Counted from the stretch's first letter, positions 9,894-22,672 are shown. The stretch: DNA of 47,206 nt from Chromera velia (GCA_018398765.1 JAHBMJ010000468.1:1-47206), one strand, 5' to 3'. Made by a program: numbers and translations. Notes: a model not told the origin generated them from the letters alone.

Positions 9894-12800
9894 CTATGAT
9901 GGCTCGAGATTGCTCTGCGCAGAGGATTGCTGTCCCTGCTCTTTCTGTTGTTCTGCCTCCCTCTCCTCCTTCTCCTTTCGTCTTGCTTTCCGTCGTGCGC
10001 GTCTCCCCAACTTAATTTCTTTCTTCGTCTGTCCACTCAACCCTATGCTGCCTTCACTTTCCCCTCCATCCCCCTCCTCCTTCTCCGCGTCCTGAAGTGC
10101 CTGCCGCTCTCTCTCTGGAAGCCAGGAGGGGTCGAAGAGCTGAGTCTGTGCAAAGGAAACAAAGTGTCAGAAGGATCAGGGATTCAGAGAAGCTGTTCAA
10201 AAAGCAACGAAAACAGGTTGGAAGGAAATACGTGGAGAGACACCCGGGGAGAGAAATGTATTGAGGACTTGGATCAGCCAAAAATAAAGGGGGTCAAACA
10301 CACACACACACACACACACACATGCACAAAGGGAGAGAGGGAGGGAGAGACCAACACACCACCAAGTCAGACAGGAACGACAGACGCACCTGTGAGAGAA
10401 ATCTCTTCAGAGGCTCGTTCTTCACAACAATCAACTCTGGTTGGATCACCTTCTGATACCTTCTGCAAAACAAAGCCGTTCGAACATCCAGAAGGCAACA
10501 TGCACTGACTTGTTGCTGTGACGGAAGACTGCTGCTTCAATCATGTACCTTCACCGCAAAGGTATTTTGATTCACCCCCCCCCTGACACACAGAGAGAGA
10601 GTCTGCAGGGCTTCTATCGTACGGCCACAGAACCAAAACGAGGGCAGCTAGCCAGTCAGACAGCCGAAGGAGCCAGCCTAGCAGCACTTCAGTCAGTCAG
10701 ACCCCCTCTTGCTTGGCTAACCAAACATCCCGCTGCCTCCGTTCATGGGCGACTGCATGGATGTTTTATGAATTAATTTAAAGAGAAACAAAAACACGAA
10801 AACGAAAGGCCGCCTCTCCTTGGCCTCTCTCTGCTCTTTGGACATACAACCAAAAAGAAAAAAAAAACGACAGGTCGGCAAAGTGCACCTATCAGAAAGG
10901 TCAGTCATCATGCAGAGACACAATTCAGTCGTCCTGTCTTATTTTCTTCCAACAAAACTCCAACCCTTCAATGATCAAATTTATAGAAGCACGATTGGAA
11001 CTCCAACTTTTCGAGTTTCTATCTTTCAGCCCAATGGAGTTTCTGTCAATCGCTTTCCAAAAAAAAGTACTCTTTTGTGCCTGTGAATCACACAGCGCAT
11101 CTGACCGTGCGAGTTCCAGAACAAGTTGCGGTTGTCTGCTTCCCGAGAGGTCCATGAAGACCTTCGAGAACTTTCTCTCAATCATCGGGGGCATCGCGTC
11201 TCTTTCTGCTTCTACTTGGTTGCCTTCTCCTTTCTCCCTTCCCTCTGTCCTGTCCGGAACTTCCCCGGCCCCTGGTACGACTGCTGCTGCTGCTGGTGGG
11301 GATGCTGCTGCTGCAGCGGTACAACCACTGTCCCCCCCCTCCCCTGCCCCCTTTGCCGTTGCTTCCCTCTCTGCCTGCCAAGCCCTCAATTTTCTCTCCA
11401 GAGTCTCGTCGTTCCCCTCTTCCAAGAGCTTCAACACACCGCCCAGGTTCTGGAGAGAAGTGCATGCATGAGGGAAATAAAATAGAATAGAAGAGCTTCA
11501 ACACACCGCCCAGGTTCCGGAGAGAAGTGCATGCATGAGGGAAATAAAATAGAATAGAAGAGCTTCAACACACCGCCCAGGTTCTGGAGAGAAGTGCATG
11601 CATGAGGGAAATAAAATAGAATAGAAGAGCTTCAACACACCGCCCAGGTTCTGGAGAGAAGTGCATGAAGGCCAAGAGAAGAAAGAAAGAGAGGGAAAGC
11701 TTCGGAGACTCGACTCACCGAATTCGTCTGTCACAAGAAAGACCGTTTGATGAAAAATTAGAGGTCTATTTTGGCATCTCGTTTGGTGGTCTCAAGCTCA
11801 GCAGAAGTCTATTCACTCCAGAAACTGGCAAAGTACGAAAGGGGTCTGAAGGACAGTCGTAAAATCGACGCGTAGGATCTGCGCAAAGGAGAATATTCAC
11901 ATATTGAATTTCAGACTGACGAATCCGTCCATGAGTTCGAACCGGATGTGGGGGAAGTTTCCTCTGGAGATCTCCACGCAGTGCTGCTTGTAGTCTATCC
12001 CGATCGTGTGGAAGGCGTACTCGGAAAGTCGGCCGGTCGTCACTCCCTGGGCACTGCAGGGGCATGCATTGATTTTTCAGGGATTGATGCATTGATTTTG
12101 AAAAAAGAATCCTGTACACGGCCGGTCACTCCCTGGGTACTGCGGGGACAATGAAGAGGAAAGCTTGGAGGGCAATGAGCTGGGAATGTCGAGCTGCAAC
12201 AACATCGAGCTTCTACCCAATGGGCAAATACTGTGGCAAGCAGAGAAAAGAAACGAGAAACAAGCAAGGATGGAAGGAAGAATAAGAAAGAGCTGCAGAG
12301 CTGGCACCGAGAGGGAACGGGAGAGGAAAGAGACTCGGACGCATGCGATTTCAGTTTCACTGTCATGCATCCAAATTTTATGCAGTTTCCTAGTCACTGC
12401 CTTGCAGGGCCTGCAGGCTCCCTTCTCTTCCTCCAGATGGGGGGCCGAAACGATCCCCTTTATTGATTGTTTACGTCTACTTGACCGGCGCAATCGCACA
12501 TTCATGTATTCTTTGTAGACTTCCAAGCAGCTGGAATAAGAAAATTCCCTGTGAAGGCTGACCACCCGATTTCAAGGACGATGTCGGAAGGCCGGATGAC
12601 CAGAGGGATCACTGCGCGGTACTCTCTGCAGGGCGGAGACGGGGAAAGAGACCGCAAAGAGAGAACGGATAGACGGATGAGTTTGGACGAAGAGAGAGAC
12701 TGTTCGTCAAAAACGATACAATGGGACTAAGAACACGTGGTGAGAACCCCGAGAAAGTTGGACCAAAGGCTGAGAGACACAAGTGAAACAACTGAAAGCA

Positions 12801-12899
12801 GAACACTGTGGAGTCACCTACTGACGCGACATAATCACAGACGATGAACTGTCGGCTGCCGGGGCCCTCTGGGGTCCTCTGAAGAGGAGCCAGGGACAT
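9894..12899 (-). CDS. Class I SAM-dependent methyltransferase-like protein, 6 exons
   Basis: Phase-compatible exons 12899-12826, 12625-12563, 12053-11921, 11449-11106, 10462-10390, 10145-9894 give ..EYRAVIPLVIRPSDIVLEIGCAQGVTTGRL..TIGIDYKQ..FELMDGFNLGG..KVFMDLSGSR..PELIVVK. This contains motif I (VLEIGCAQG) and an acidic motif II (GID). The start codon is uncertain. Confidence 0.8.
11424..11668. repeat. Tandem repeat, 67-bp unit, about 3.6 copies, spanning a splice acceptor
   Basis: Unit AAGAGCTTCAACACACCGCCCAGGTTCTGGAGAGAAGTGCATGCATGAGGGAAATAAAATAGAATAG starts at 11424, 11491, 11558 and 11625 (last copy partial); one T>C substitution in copy 2. Confidence 0.97.
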
Positions 12900-13706
12900 C
12901 GTTCCCTCTCGCTCTTCCTTGGCCCTTCACTTCTGCCCGCTCTGAGAGTGAGCAGTCTGTGTCTCTCACGGCTTTTCCCGTCAAAGTCACGCGCTGGCTT
13001 CGGACAGAGACAACTCCGATCTTGACGGCTGAAGTTGGCAGAGGATATCGGACAACAAGGCCAGAGAGAGCAGACGCAGAGTTTTCGCCCCTCCCCTGGC
13101 GGTGTCTATTTGTTTGTCTCAACCAGATCGAGAGACCGCTCAGAGACGGCACCATGTAGCAGAACCAAAGTGCGTGCATGAAAGGAGGAGGCGGCTCGTA
13201 TGATAAACCCGCTTCGCCTCGCACAGTCTGCAACCATTGACAGGCCCATGCTGATCTGTGACAGAAGATTTGACTCGCTGCCTTGAATTACCTTGAATGG
13301 AGATTGCAAGAAGGGAGGCGATGTCGGACGCGGATGCATGGGAAAGTCACGTGCACTCGGATTCATTTAATGCGCCGCGGGGCGCACGCACCAACACAAA
13401 TTAAGGCGCAACTGTTGTTGTTCTTGCTTTGAATGTTGCAAGCGTATCGGTTAAATTCAAAAATCTTTGCATGTATCGATCTGCATGTATGTTGTCAGAT
13501 TTCATGTTTTTGAGTATGTACTTCTGACAGCGGTAGTGTGTGCATAGAAATGAGAATATGTACGTGTGCTGGCTGTACCTCTTTGCCTTCTGTCAGACTT
13601 TCAGCCCCTCAGAATGAGAGGAAGATCCCTTCAATCGATTTGCAGACAGCACTGAATTTCCTTCCCACAATTCCCTAAATCCAATTTTTGTACCAGACTG
13701 AGCATC

Positions 13707-14757
13707 ATGGATTCGTCCGTTTCGCCCGCAGAGCAGATTCTGCAGGCTGCCAACATGTACGGCCTCCTTGATCAGACAGACGGCTCCTTCATTCCCGTGA
13801 TCCCTCCTCACGTGGTTGTGCAGAAACTAGGGTTCAAGACGCTCTCCCCGTCCGACATACGGCAGACCCTCTCTATCGGGTGCTGCTTCGCTGAGCCTGA
13901 GGTTGAGAAGATCGTCAGGTTTATGACTGTCAGAACAAAGCACGTGCCAAATCTGATCAGATACTTCGGTTCCCCCTCACTCACCAGGGAAGAGGTGCCT
14001 ACGGGGCCTCCCAGGGCAGACTCGGAATTTGTCAGTCAGTCAGTCAGTGCATGAGTAAGAAGGTAGACGGATGGAGGAAGGCTTGGAGACGATGCATGTA
14101 GAGCGCTTCTGACCTTTGACCGACAAGTGGTTGTGCCTCTCGTTTTCTGGTACTCCGATGACACTATCACGCTGTATGAATATGCGGACACAGAGGTGCG
14201 TGCCTCGAAGGAAATCGGTCGTCCCTTTGTCGATCCCAGACTTCATGCATGAAGGTCAAGCTGAGTATGGGCGGAGGTGTCTTGCCGAGGAGGAAGAAGG
14301 GAACGAGAAGAAGGAATTCGCAAAAAGACCGATCCTTTTTTGTCGTTCTCTGAGAAGGTCATGTGTATCTTCATGAGGTAACGAAATACACATGATCTGC
14401 ATGCTTTAGGGAACGCACAGGAAAACTAAGTATCACCCTTCAAGATACCTCAATTCGACTTTACTCCCTCGCTAGCTCTGCCCCTGTGTTTGGCTCGGGG
14501 TTCCACAATATTGTGGTCAGACAGTCGTCATTCCACTTCATGACACACATACATCATTTTCTCAATTCACTCTTGCTTGTGCAGGCTCCCCTTGGTCCCA
14601 TGATCTTGAGGTGTCTGGGCGCAGATGGAGAGCGCATTGATATGGCCGCCTCCTCTGTGCTGTTCCCCAACGAATACCACGGGAAGTCCGGGAGGGAAAA
14701 TCTCTACGCAGCAGTGGCTGCATTGACCATCAAATCCTGTGGATGGCTCTCGTCAGC

Positions 14758-14802
<45 letters not shown>

Positions 14803-17800
14803 CTCTGTCTCTCATATTCTTTCTCGGTCGCTGTCTGTCCCTCCCTGTGGGGTCTTTGGGGGATCGAGGTGGTGAGGAAGGAAGAAAGGAGGTGCGAGGT
14901 CAGAAGATTCTGTCTGTCTGTTCGTCCCTTCCACATCTCTTACTGGTTGAGACTTTCCTTTCGCATAGATCTCTTTCTACTTGGCTTGGCTCTGTGAGTT
15001 TGTTATTCTCTTTTGATCACCTGCGAAGCGTTTGAGATCAGATCTAACTTGTGGGTTGTTGCTCTTCCCTACTCTTTCTGTCTCACTCACTCTCTGCCGT
15101 GTGTTCGCATGCAGGGTCGACTGTATTAAGCAGCTCAAGTACGCATTCGACGCTTATGAAAGGTGAGAAGATAAGTGGATGTCTGTGTAATACATGTAGA
15201 AGACATCCGGGGTGACATTGCGAAGCAGCTGCAGCACACATCTAAAGCCGACATTACCGCATATGCTTGGTTCATGAAGGAGACACGAGAGGACGGGAGG
15301 GTCTCAGCCCATCGCCGTGTATGAACAGAGAGGCAGGCAGAAACAGACAGACTGTGCGAGAGGGGGGAGGCGTGAGGAAATGCAAGATTGATTGACTGCG
15401 TGAATAAATGTCTTGAGCAAGAGACGTCTTCTGCATGGGTCCCTCACTCACTCACCTTGCATCGACCCCGCTTCCCTTCCACATTTGCTTCTTCTTATCG
15501 TTGCAGAGCCACACAGAACATCAGCGGGATGCCAGGGATGCAGTTGCAATTCGATTTTGTGCAGAGGGCACTCCATGTGAGTGAGTGAATGAGTAAGTTA
15601 GAGAGGCAGTGAGGAAGTCAGACAGCTGATTCGACGTTGCACCTCCATTTTCGCTCTTGCTTGCACGGTTTCATTTTCTCTCGATGAAGACATGATCTTG
15701 AAGGGGGGAAGAACTGCATCTCCACTTCGATCTGTCTCTGCCGATATCCTGTCCGGAGCTGAGCTGATTTTCTACACATATGTGTGTATCTTCTTTTGTC
15801 TCTATCTCTCTGCAGACCTGTCGGCGAGCCATCTCCCTCTCCTTGTTTGCCTGTTGGGAGGAGCACCATCACTCCAAGTTCCCTCAGCTTCTTGTTAATA
15901 GGTCAGTGACAAGGAGTCGAAACGAATCAAAGGAGGGCTGGAGAACTGTCTCAAAAGTGCATGTCTGTCAAATGCTGCGCCGGACGGGCACGAAAAAAAA
16001 GGGAATCTTCTGTGAGTCTTCACATACTTGCCTGCCTGCCTCTCTGCCTGTGCAGGTCTTCCACAAAGCTGGGCAGTGTCGTGTTCGGGGAGTTTCTCTG
16101 GCTTGCCCTGAACACGGTCCCGTTTGACTTTGTGATACCTGGAATTCCTCGAGTCAAGTCAGCGCTTTTCCTCCTGGCTGTCTTTTCTTTTGTGGTCCTC
16201 TTTCTCTTTCTCAGCTTTTTCGATCATGCGACACGAGGGCAAAGATCACTGACTGAGACGCTACAACTGTGTGTAGAAGGACTGAGTCGCAATAAGAGCA
16301 GAAGAAAAGTGAAGACTACAAAAGAGAAAGAGATCCAATGACGAAAATGCTTCAGGATGCAGGCTGCCCGGAAAGCCGTCATCAGTTTGCGTTTTCCTTT
16401 CCCTGTGCCCCCTTTGGCCCGACTATGAGCGTCGTTTGTTTTTCATGGCCAAACATTGAACGGTTCCATCAAATCAATCCCCCCCCCCCGTTTGTCTTTC
16501 TCTGCAATGGATTGACCCTCTCGACACCCACGGGACTTCTGGATCCTCTGCAGGATTCATAGGTGAGCCGGAGAGAGAGTGTGTGTTAATTCTGTGCCTT
16601 CTTGTTTCGCTTTTTCTTCTTGTGGGATTGAGGCGTCATGCTTTTTGGTATTCTGTTGTGTGCCGTCTGATCTGTTCTCTTTCGAAACGGTGTCCCTTCT
16701 CGAACCAGGCCTCTCCATTTTGTACTTCGTTATTGTCTGTACGTCTCCTATTGTGTCACCAGTTCTGTGATTCCAAATACAATGCAGGAGGAAGGTGCTT
16801 GTGAAGGACTCTGTCGGCCTCGCCCTTGATAGGACGCCGTATCCCTCCAACTTTGAATATTTTTTCGTCGACAACTTTGTGGACATCATCATGCCTGATG
16901 GTCAGTGCGTGCGTCAGTCGGTTGTGTGTCTTTCTTTCTGCTGCCTCAGTTGGTTAGTGTGGAAAAAACAAAATCCGGCCTTTTTCTTTGTCCAGCTGTC
17001 CTTGATTCAAGAGCGCCTTCGTCTGCGTAAACACTTGCAAATCCGAGCAGTGCCGATTTTTCTTTTCGCTGAAACTAGAAAGAGATTTGACAAACATTTA
17101 AAGATTTCCACGAGCTCTCTCTTTCTCTTTCTTCCCTTCTCTCTGTGCAGAGTTGAGGTTCTACGAGTTCGCAGAAGCTGACTACCAGCGCATCAAGAGC
17201 AACGCAGACGCTCACTTCCTCGCGATTAGAGACGCCAACGAAGCCGCAAAGGACTCGGGGGCGTCGAAGGAGAAGTCGGGGGAGGACAAGAGCAAAGGGG
17301 TGCTCAAAAAGGGGGAACAGAAAAGTTTGGGGCAACTCGTGATGGAAATTTTGGGCACAGACTACATTCCTCCCAGGAAAGAACTCATGTGGCAGGTCTG
17401 TACGGATCTTCTCTATGTGACACACGGAAACTTAAGATGGTTTTTTTGTTATGGCTGTTTTGCTACGCGAGGATCATCCCATGGAGAAGTTTTAGAGAAG
17501 CTCGGATGGCACGCATAAGCAAAAGCTATGAAGCTGTCCTTCACGCTTGCTCAACAGTGCCAAGCGTCTCCTGTTCAAACTCACTCTTTCCAATCGGCTT
17601 TTGCCCGTGCATTGATCTTCGTGAAACTTTACAGTTCTCTGCTCTATCTCTGACCGGTTTGCACGCGATCGAACAAAAGGATGGCGGAGCGGCAGAAGTG
17701 TCAGTACAGTTGATCGCTCGATTGTATTCACTAAGGCAAATCCACATTGATGCTTGCTGTGAGTGACTGACTGACTGTTCCTGTTTGTCTGTGCAGAGAA

Positions 17801-18267
17801 TTTTGAGGAGAAAGCAGTACGAATTCGCTCAGAAAAAAGGGTGGGGGAGGGACCAGGCAGCAATCGCAATCTGTCTGAGCCACTGGAGAATGGCGGAAAG
17901 CGTCAAACTCAGAAAGAAGAGGTCCAAAAGGGTCAGTGAGTCAAAACAGAAATTCCCATTCAGAGAAAAATCTCGAAGCTCCTGCATGCTGACTCTCTCT
18001 CTCGGTCCTGCTCTCCATGCAGTAACACGTGCTTTTTTTTATTTTCCAAAGCTCATTTGGCTGCCGCCTGCCGGCCATTCTCAACACCTTTTCTGTGGGT
18101 TTGAAGGAAACGCAGTGATGCTGCAAAAATGCATACTTCCTTCGACAGCACTTATGCATACACAGGATCAGTCTCTCAGATTTCTTCGGCTCCACCCTGT
18201 CCACCTCCAGTCCTTCCTTCCGCTGATTTTCGTGCTTTGTTTCTTTCTTTCTCTTTGTCTTCTATCT

Positions 18268-18306
<39 letters not shown>

Positions 18307-20372
18307 TTCCTCTTCAGATGCTCCGGATGGCCATTCGAATTGTCCTCTTCGTCGTTCGGTATAGACAAAAGCAGGCACTCAGGGAGGCGCTGGAGAGTGG
18401 AGTGGCCCCACAGGCAAACCTGGAACAGAAACGTGAGTTCAGGGCTCCATTTTGTCTGGCAACGTTTCAGGCAGACTGTACCGGCACTCGGGGGGGATGG
18501 GGAGACGTCGGTCGAGAGTCTCTCTGAAGCCTTCAACTGCGAGGCAAAGAAAGCGAATGAATGCCTGTTCTCACAGCTAGATCGACACTGAATCCCGGCA
18601 CGTCATTGCACATGCTGCTCTTCACATAAATGGGGGGTCCTTCCATTTCCTTCCACGCATTTCTGTCTGTACACTTAATTGTTCTTTGTCTTGTGTCTAT
18701 GTCCTGTTGCATGCAGAATTCGTCAGGGACACCCAGAAGAAAATCAAACACATTTTGAGAGACATGCACATGAAGAGAAAGGCCAAGAAAGCGCGCGCAA
18801 GGGCGGCAAAGGGCAAAAAGAGCGCGGTGCGTCCGTCTAGCTGCCTGTCTTCAATCAATGCCTTGGTTGCTTTCATCTTTTAAATTTTACATTCGGTGTT
18901 TCAGATCCTTTTAGTCTCTTGGTTAGTGCACCTTTCTGTTTTATTCCTAACTTTAACGCAGCCTCTGAGGAGCACTCTTGCTGCTCGTTTCAGACCCTTC
19001 GAACACTTTTCCTTTTTAGCTTCCTCTTTAACTTCAGTCAACGAATGTTGTGTGTTCGAACACCTTTCCGCCCCTTTGCATCCTCATGTCCTGTCCGGAC
19101 AATTCCCTTCCTTCTCTCTCAATTCCTGCTCCTGCCTGCAGTCTGACCGCATTTGGCAGCTCGCGGCTGACGGAGAGGAAAGGCGAAAGGCCGCAAGAGT
19201 GACGCACAAGACGTACCACTCAGTTGCACCTGCTCTGATCTCCTCTGGAGCCTTCAGGGTGAACGAATTTGAGGCCACAAGACTAGGAGAACTCCGGTTG
19301 CAGGCACGGACACTCAGGGAGGGGTCCAGAGAGGCTCCGAATAAGAATCACAATCCCCCCGTAGCACCCCCATCTCAGGACCCAGAACTGTACAGGAGGG
19401 CGTCTCTCGTGCCCCTGTCCCAACTTTTCCTGGGGCCTGTGATGATTGATGGATCACCCCCGGCCTCCGTTCCTCTTCTTGGAGACCCTCTGATAGATGA
19501 GGGAATGCTCGAGGGACTCCCGCCCGGGGTGTGTGTAGACGATTCTTCTGCCTCCGAATCGGATGTGGGGGTTGAGAATTTGACACTAAAGCCAGGCGAG
19601 GTAGAAAGAGAGAGAAAGCCTGTGCAGGCAATTAACGTGATTTCCGAGGCTGCGGATGCCCTTGCGGAAGGGATGCAGAGAAGGAGCAGTCAGGTGGGTG
19701 TGACAGGAAAAACAGAGAGTTCAGGAGGCCTTCTGTTGCCTCCCGCTGCCCAACAGAGTCGCAGAGGGAGTGTTGCTGTAAAAGACAGTGCAGGGATGCG
19801 AAGAGGTAGCACTGCAATGAACAGCCCGGAAGCTCGGAGAGGCAGTGTTAGTGCTCGGGCCAGAGACAAACGAGGCAGCGTGGTCATACACGACACTTGG
19901 GAGACAGAGGCCACTGAGAGGAGGGGAAGTGCTTTGAATACAGGGGAGATGGAAGCTGACGCACGCAGAGGGTCCATGGCTCATCTCTCAATTACAGCCA
20001 TCAAGACCACAGAGCAAAGAGCGCGGCGTGCGTCAGGTATCTTGGAGACTCGTCGCGCCTCTGTTCTCTTAGAGTCGTCCCCCGATGTCATGATTGTGTG
20101 TACAGACGGAGGCCCCCCCAACTCCCCCGACCTAGGCCCTTCGAAGAATCCCCCTGTCCCTTTCCCCCCCTCTGTACACAGCCGCATGGGCACTGACAAG
20201 GACGCAGGGGCACAGGAGGACTCGGGAGGCGCGAAGAGTTCGAGAAAGTCCGAGCTAACGGACGACGACCCAAGATGGTTCCCTCCCGAATTTGAAATCG
20301 CAAAGGCAAAAGAGGCGTCGGCAGGGGAAGAGGACAAACAGAACCGGTAGGTGCACCTTGTGCTCTGAGATG

Positions 20373-20412
<40 letters not shown>

Positions 20413-21594
20413 TCTATCTACCTTGTTTTTTTCGTGGGGTGCGAGGAGTAGGGGAGCCTTTTTGAGAGCGAGCGTCTTGCAGGTCCGTCCCCATCCCCTT
20501 TCATAGACAGGAAGGAACAAAAGCAGCTGGAGATAGGGGGACTAGTGCGCGCAATTTCATTACGGTCGTGCCATCGGATAATTTCTCCTGTCCCAAAGGT
20601 CGAGAATCTTACCTGCTTGTAGTCTACATTCAGTCATTGTGTTTTATCGAGCAGCTGATGTTTATTCAACAGCTGAAATTGCATGTGAATGGGCACATGA
20701 AGTGCAATGAAATGCAGATACGCACATGTTCCTGTTGACCCCGTGACGGGAAGAGGGCGCAAGTGGAACGCCCGTCAGACAAGCGGGCTGGGGCCTCGGG
20801 AGGCCGACAAGATGCCTGTCGAGGTCAAATACAGACAGCTGCTGCACAGGTCAGTGGGAGGGAGGATTGCGCCATGGAGCGTGAGTGTCTCTTCTCCTAC
20901 AAATCCAGGGAGTCTATCGAAAATCTGAAAGGTGTCTGTGCCTTAATTTCTGTCGGCCTGGCTGCGTGCATGCCCTCCCTCCCGCCTGCCAACAGTTTGT
21001 TTGTCCCAGTCATCAGAGAAGAAAACAAAACGATTTGTCTCCTTGTGGGTCTCTGCACCTGTCTGCAGACTGGCCGACCAGACCTCAAAACTCCACCATC
21101 TTCGGATAGAAATTCCGAGGAACAGCCTGCGCCCCGCATCAGCAGCTCTAGGGGCCCCCAAGAAGTTCGCACGGAGCGGGGAGACGTCCACCTTCACAGG
21201 GGCCAGCAGCCGCCGTTCCCGTTCTCCGACCCTGCCTGTGGACTTTGAAGGATCCACTGCGGACCTGCAGTCACACGTCGCCCGCCCGTCTACGGCCATG
21301 GCTGCAGCGCGGAGACAGAGAGATCAGCAGGAGGAGAGGCGGCAGGAGAGGACGGATGCGGCTCTGCGGCCTTTCCTCAAGCACACGAACCGTCTTGCGT
21401 ATGCGTATGAGGTCAATGCGAACGTGCAGGCCTGGTGTTCCCCTGAGTTGAGCCGGGTCCCCAGTCGCAGAGGCACCACGGCTGCTCTCGGAAAGTCAAT
21501 GTCTGCGGTGAACGTTTTAGGTGGCGCTGTTGTACCTTCTGTTGGTGGACAAAAAGCGGTGTCACACATGCCGACCACCAAAGTGCGTGTATAA
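13707..21594 (+). CDS. Multi-exon hypothetical protein with RRxS-repeat disordered region
   Basis: Exons 13707-14030, 14585-14751, 15115-15162, 15507-15576, 15816-15901, 16056-~16116, ~16788-16900, 17151-17395, 17797-17931, 18318-18432, 18717-18826, 19142-20346, 20718-20849, 21069-21594. All junctions are phase-compatible except the unresolved one between 16116 and 16788. No recognisable domain. Confidence 0.75.
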
Positions 21595-21765
21595 CAATAC
21601 GGGTTCAAGCAAGTTATTCTTCTATTCTTTAATAAGAGAGTTTAATGCATAGTTCATACCACGAATATCACCACGGACACTACTAGGTTCTCGATACTTA
21701 GCATGTTGAAAATCTATCATTCATGACTAACAGTCATTCATGTTTGTCATTTTTTAATGTTTAGT

Positions 21766-22587
21766 TAGGTGACGAACCAGCCTCGTCAGGAGCGTACTCC
21801 TGACGCCACCCTCCGCCGTGCATTTGGATTGCGCACGATTGAGAGCACCATCCGACTTGCCAGACTCCGGTGGCTGGGGCATGTTGGGAGAATGGGGGGA
21901 GAGCGTCTTCCCCGTCAGTTGTTGTTTGGGCATCTCCAAGGAGAGCGCCCCCTTGGTCGACCCCTCCTTCGTTGGAGCGACTGTGTCCTCTCTGATTTCC
22001 GCCTTCTGGAAATCAATGAGGCCGAGTGGCAGACACTTGCCTCTCATAGAGGCAGGTGGAGGGCGTTAATTCAAGATGGGGTGAAAAAGGTAGAGGAGAG
22101 AGCAGCGGAGGAAAAGGAAAAGAAAAGGGAAGTGAGAAAGGGGCAGAGAGATGGAGATGCGAAGTGTGAGGCATGTGGACGAACGTTTTCCACCCCCCGG
22201 GGGCTTCGCATTCACACAAGCAAAGCACATAAGGACCTTGCCCCCAGACAGCCAGAGCAGCCGAAGAAGGCAGTCAAAGAAAAGAAGGGAAGCTGGGTTC
22301 AGGGCTGTCAGGTGAAGGAAATTCTTAGGAAGTACAAGCAGGGAAGAGGATGGCGTTATGAGGTGGCATGGCATGGCTGGCAGTCAACATCACATGAAGC
22401 AGCCTCGCTCATGCGCAAGCACGCCCTGCCAGAAGTGGAAGAGTTTGAGAAAAAATGCAGCTGTTAAGCTATTTGCTAAAGGTTGTGAAATAAGGGTCCA
22501 TCATTTAATAATCTGCCTTGCGTGTTGTGACTTGCCGAACGCTAGACGCCTATTATGGGCCGATAGCGATGGCGTATGATGATGATG
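21766..22587 (+). mobile_element. 5'-truncated RTE-like non-LTR retrotransposon with (GAT)n tail and 10-bp TSD
   Basis: RTE-type post-RT motif RLRWLGHVGRM..RLPRQLLFG..RPLGRPLLRWSDCV..W..LA..R..WR. The 3' UTR ends in GATGATGATG. TSD AATGTTTAGT at 21756-21765 and 22588-22597. Confidence 0.9.
21769..22467 (+). pseudogene. C-terminal fragment of LINE ORF: post-RT region + C2H2 zinc finger + chromodomain
   Basis: Uninterrupted 232 codons containing CEACGRTFSTPRGLRIHTSKAH and VKEILRKYKQGRGWRYEVAWHGWQSTSHEAASLMRKHALPEVEEFEKK. Confidence 0.8.
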
Positions 22588-22672
22588 AATGTTTAGTCCA
22601 GTATTTAATATATAATATTGTATACAGATTCTCTTTTAAAAAGTTTGATGGTTTACAAAAAAACAAAAATAG

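Noticed and set aside
11424..11668. CRISPR-like array
   Set aside because: Units are contiguous with no unique spacers; eukaryotic intron; no cas genes.
16554..16562. 9-nt microexon (CAG|GATTCATAG|GTGAGC)
   Set aside because: Reads as a stop in phase 0 and does not fix the unresolved junction; needs RNA data.
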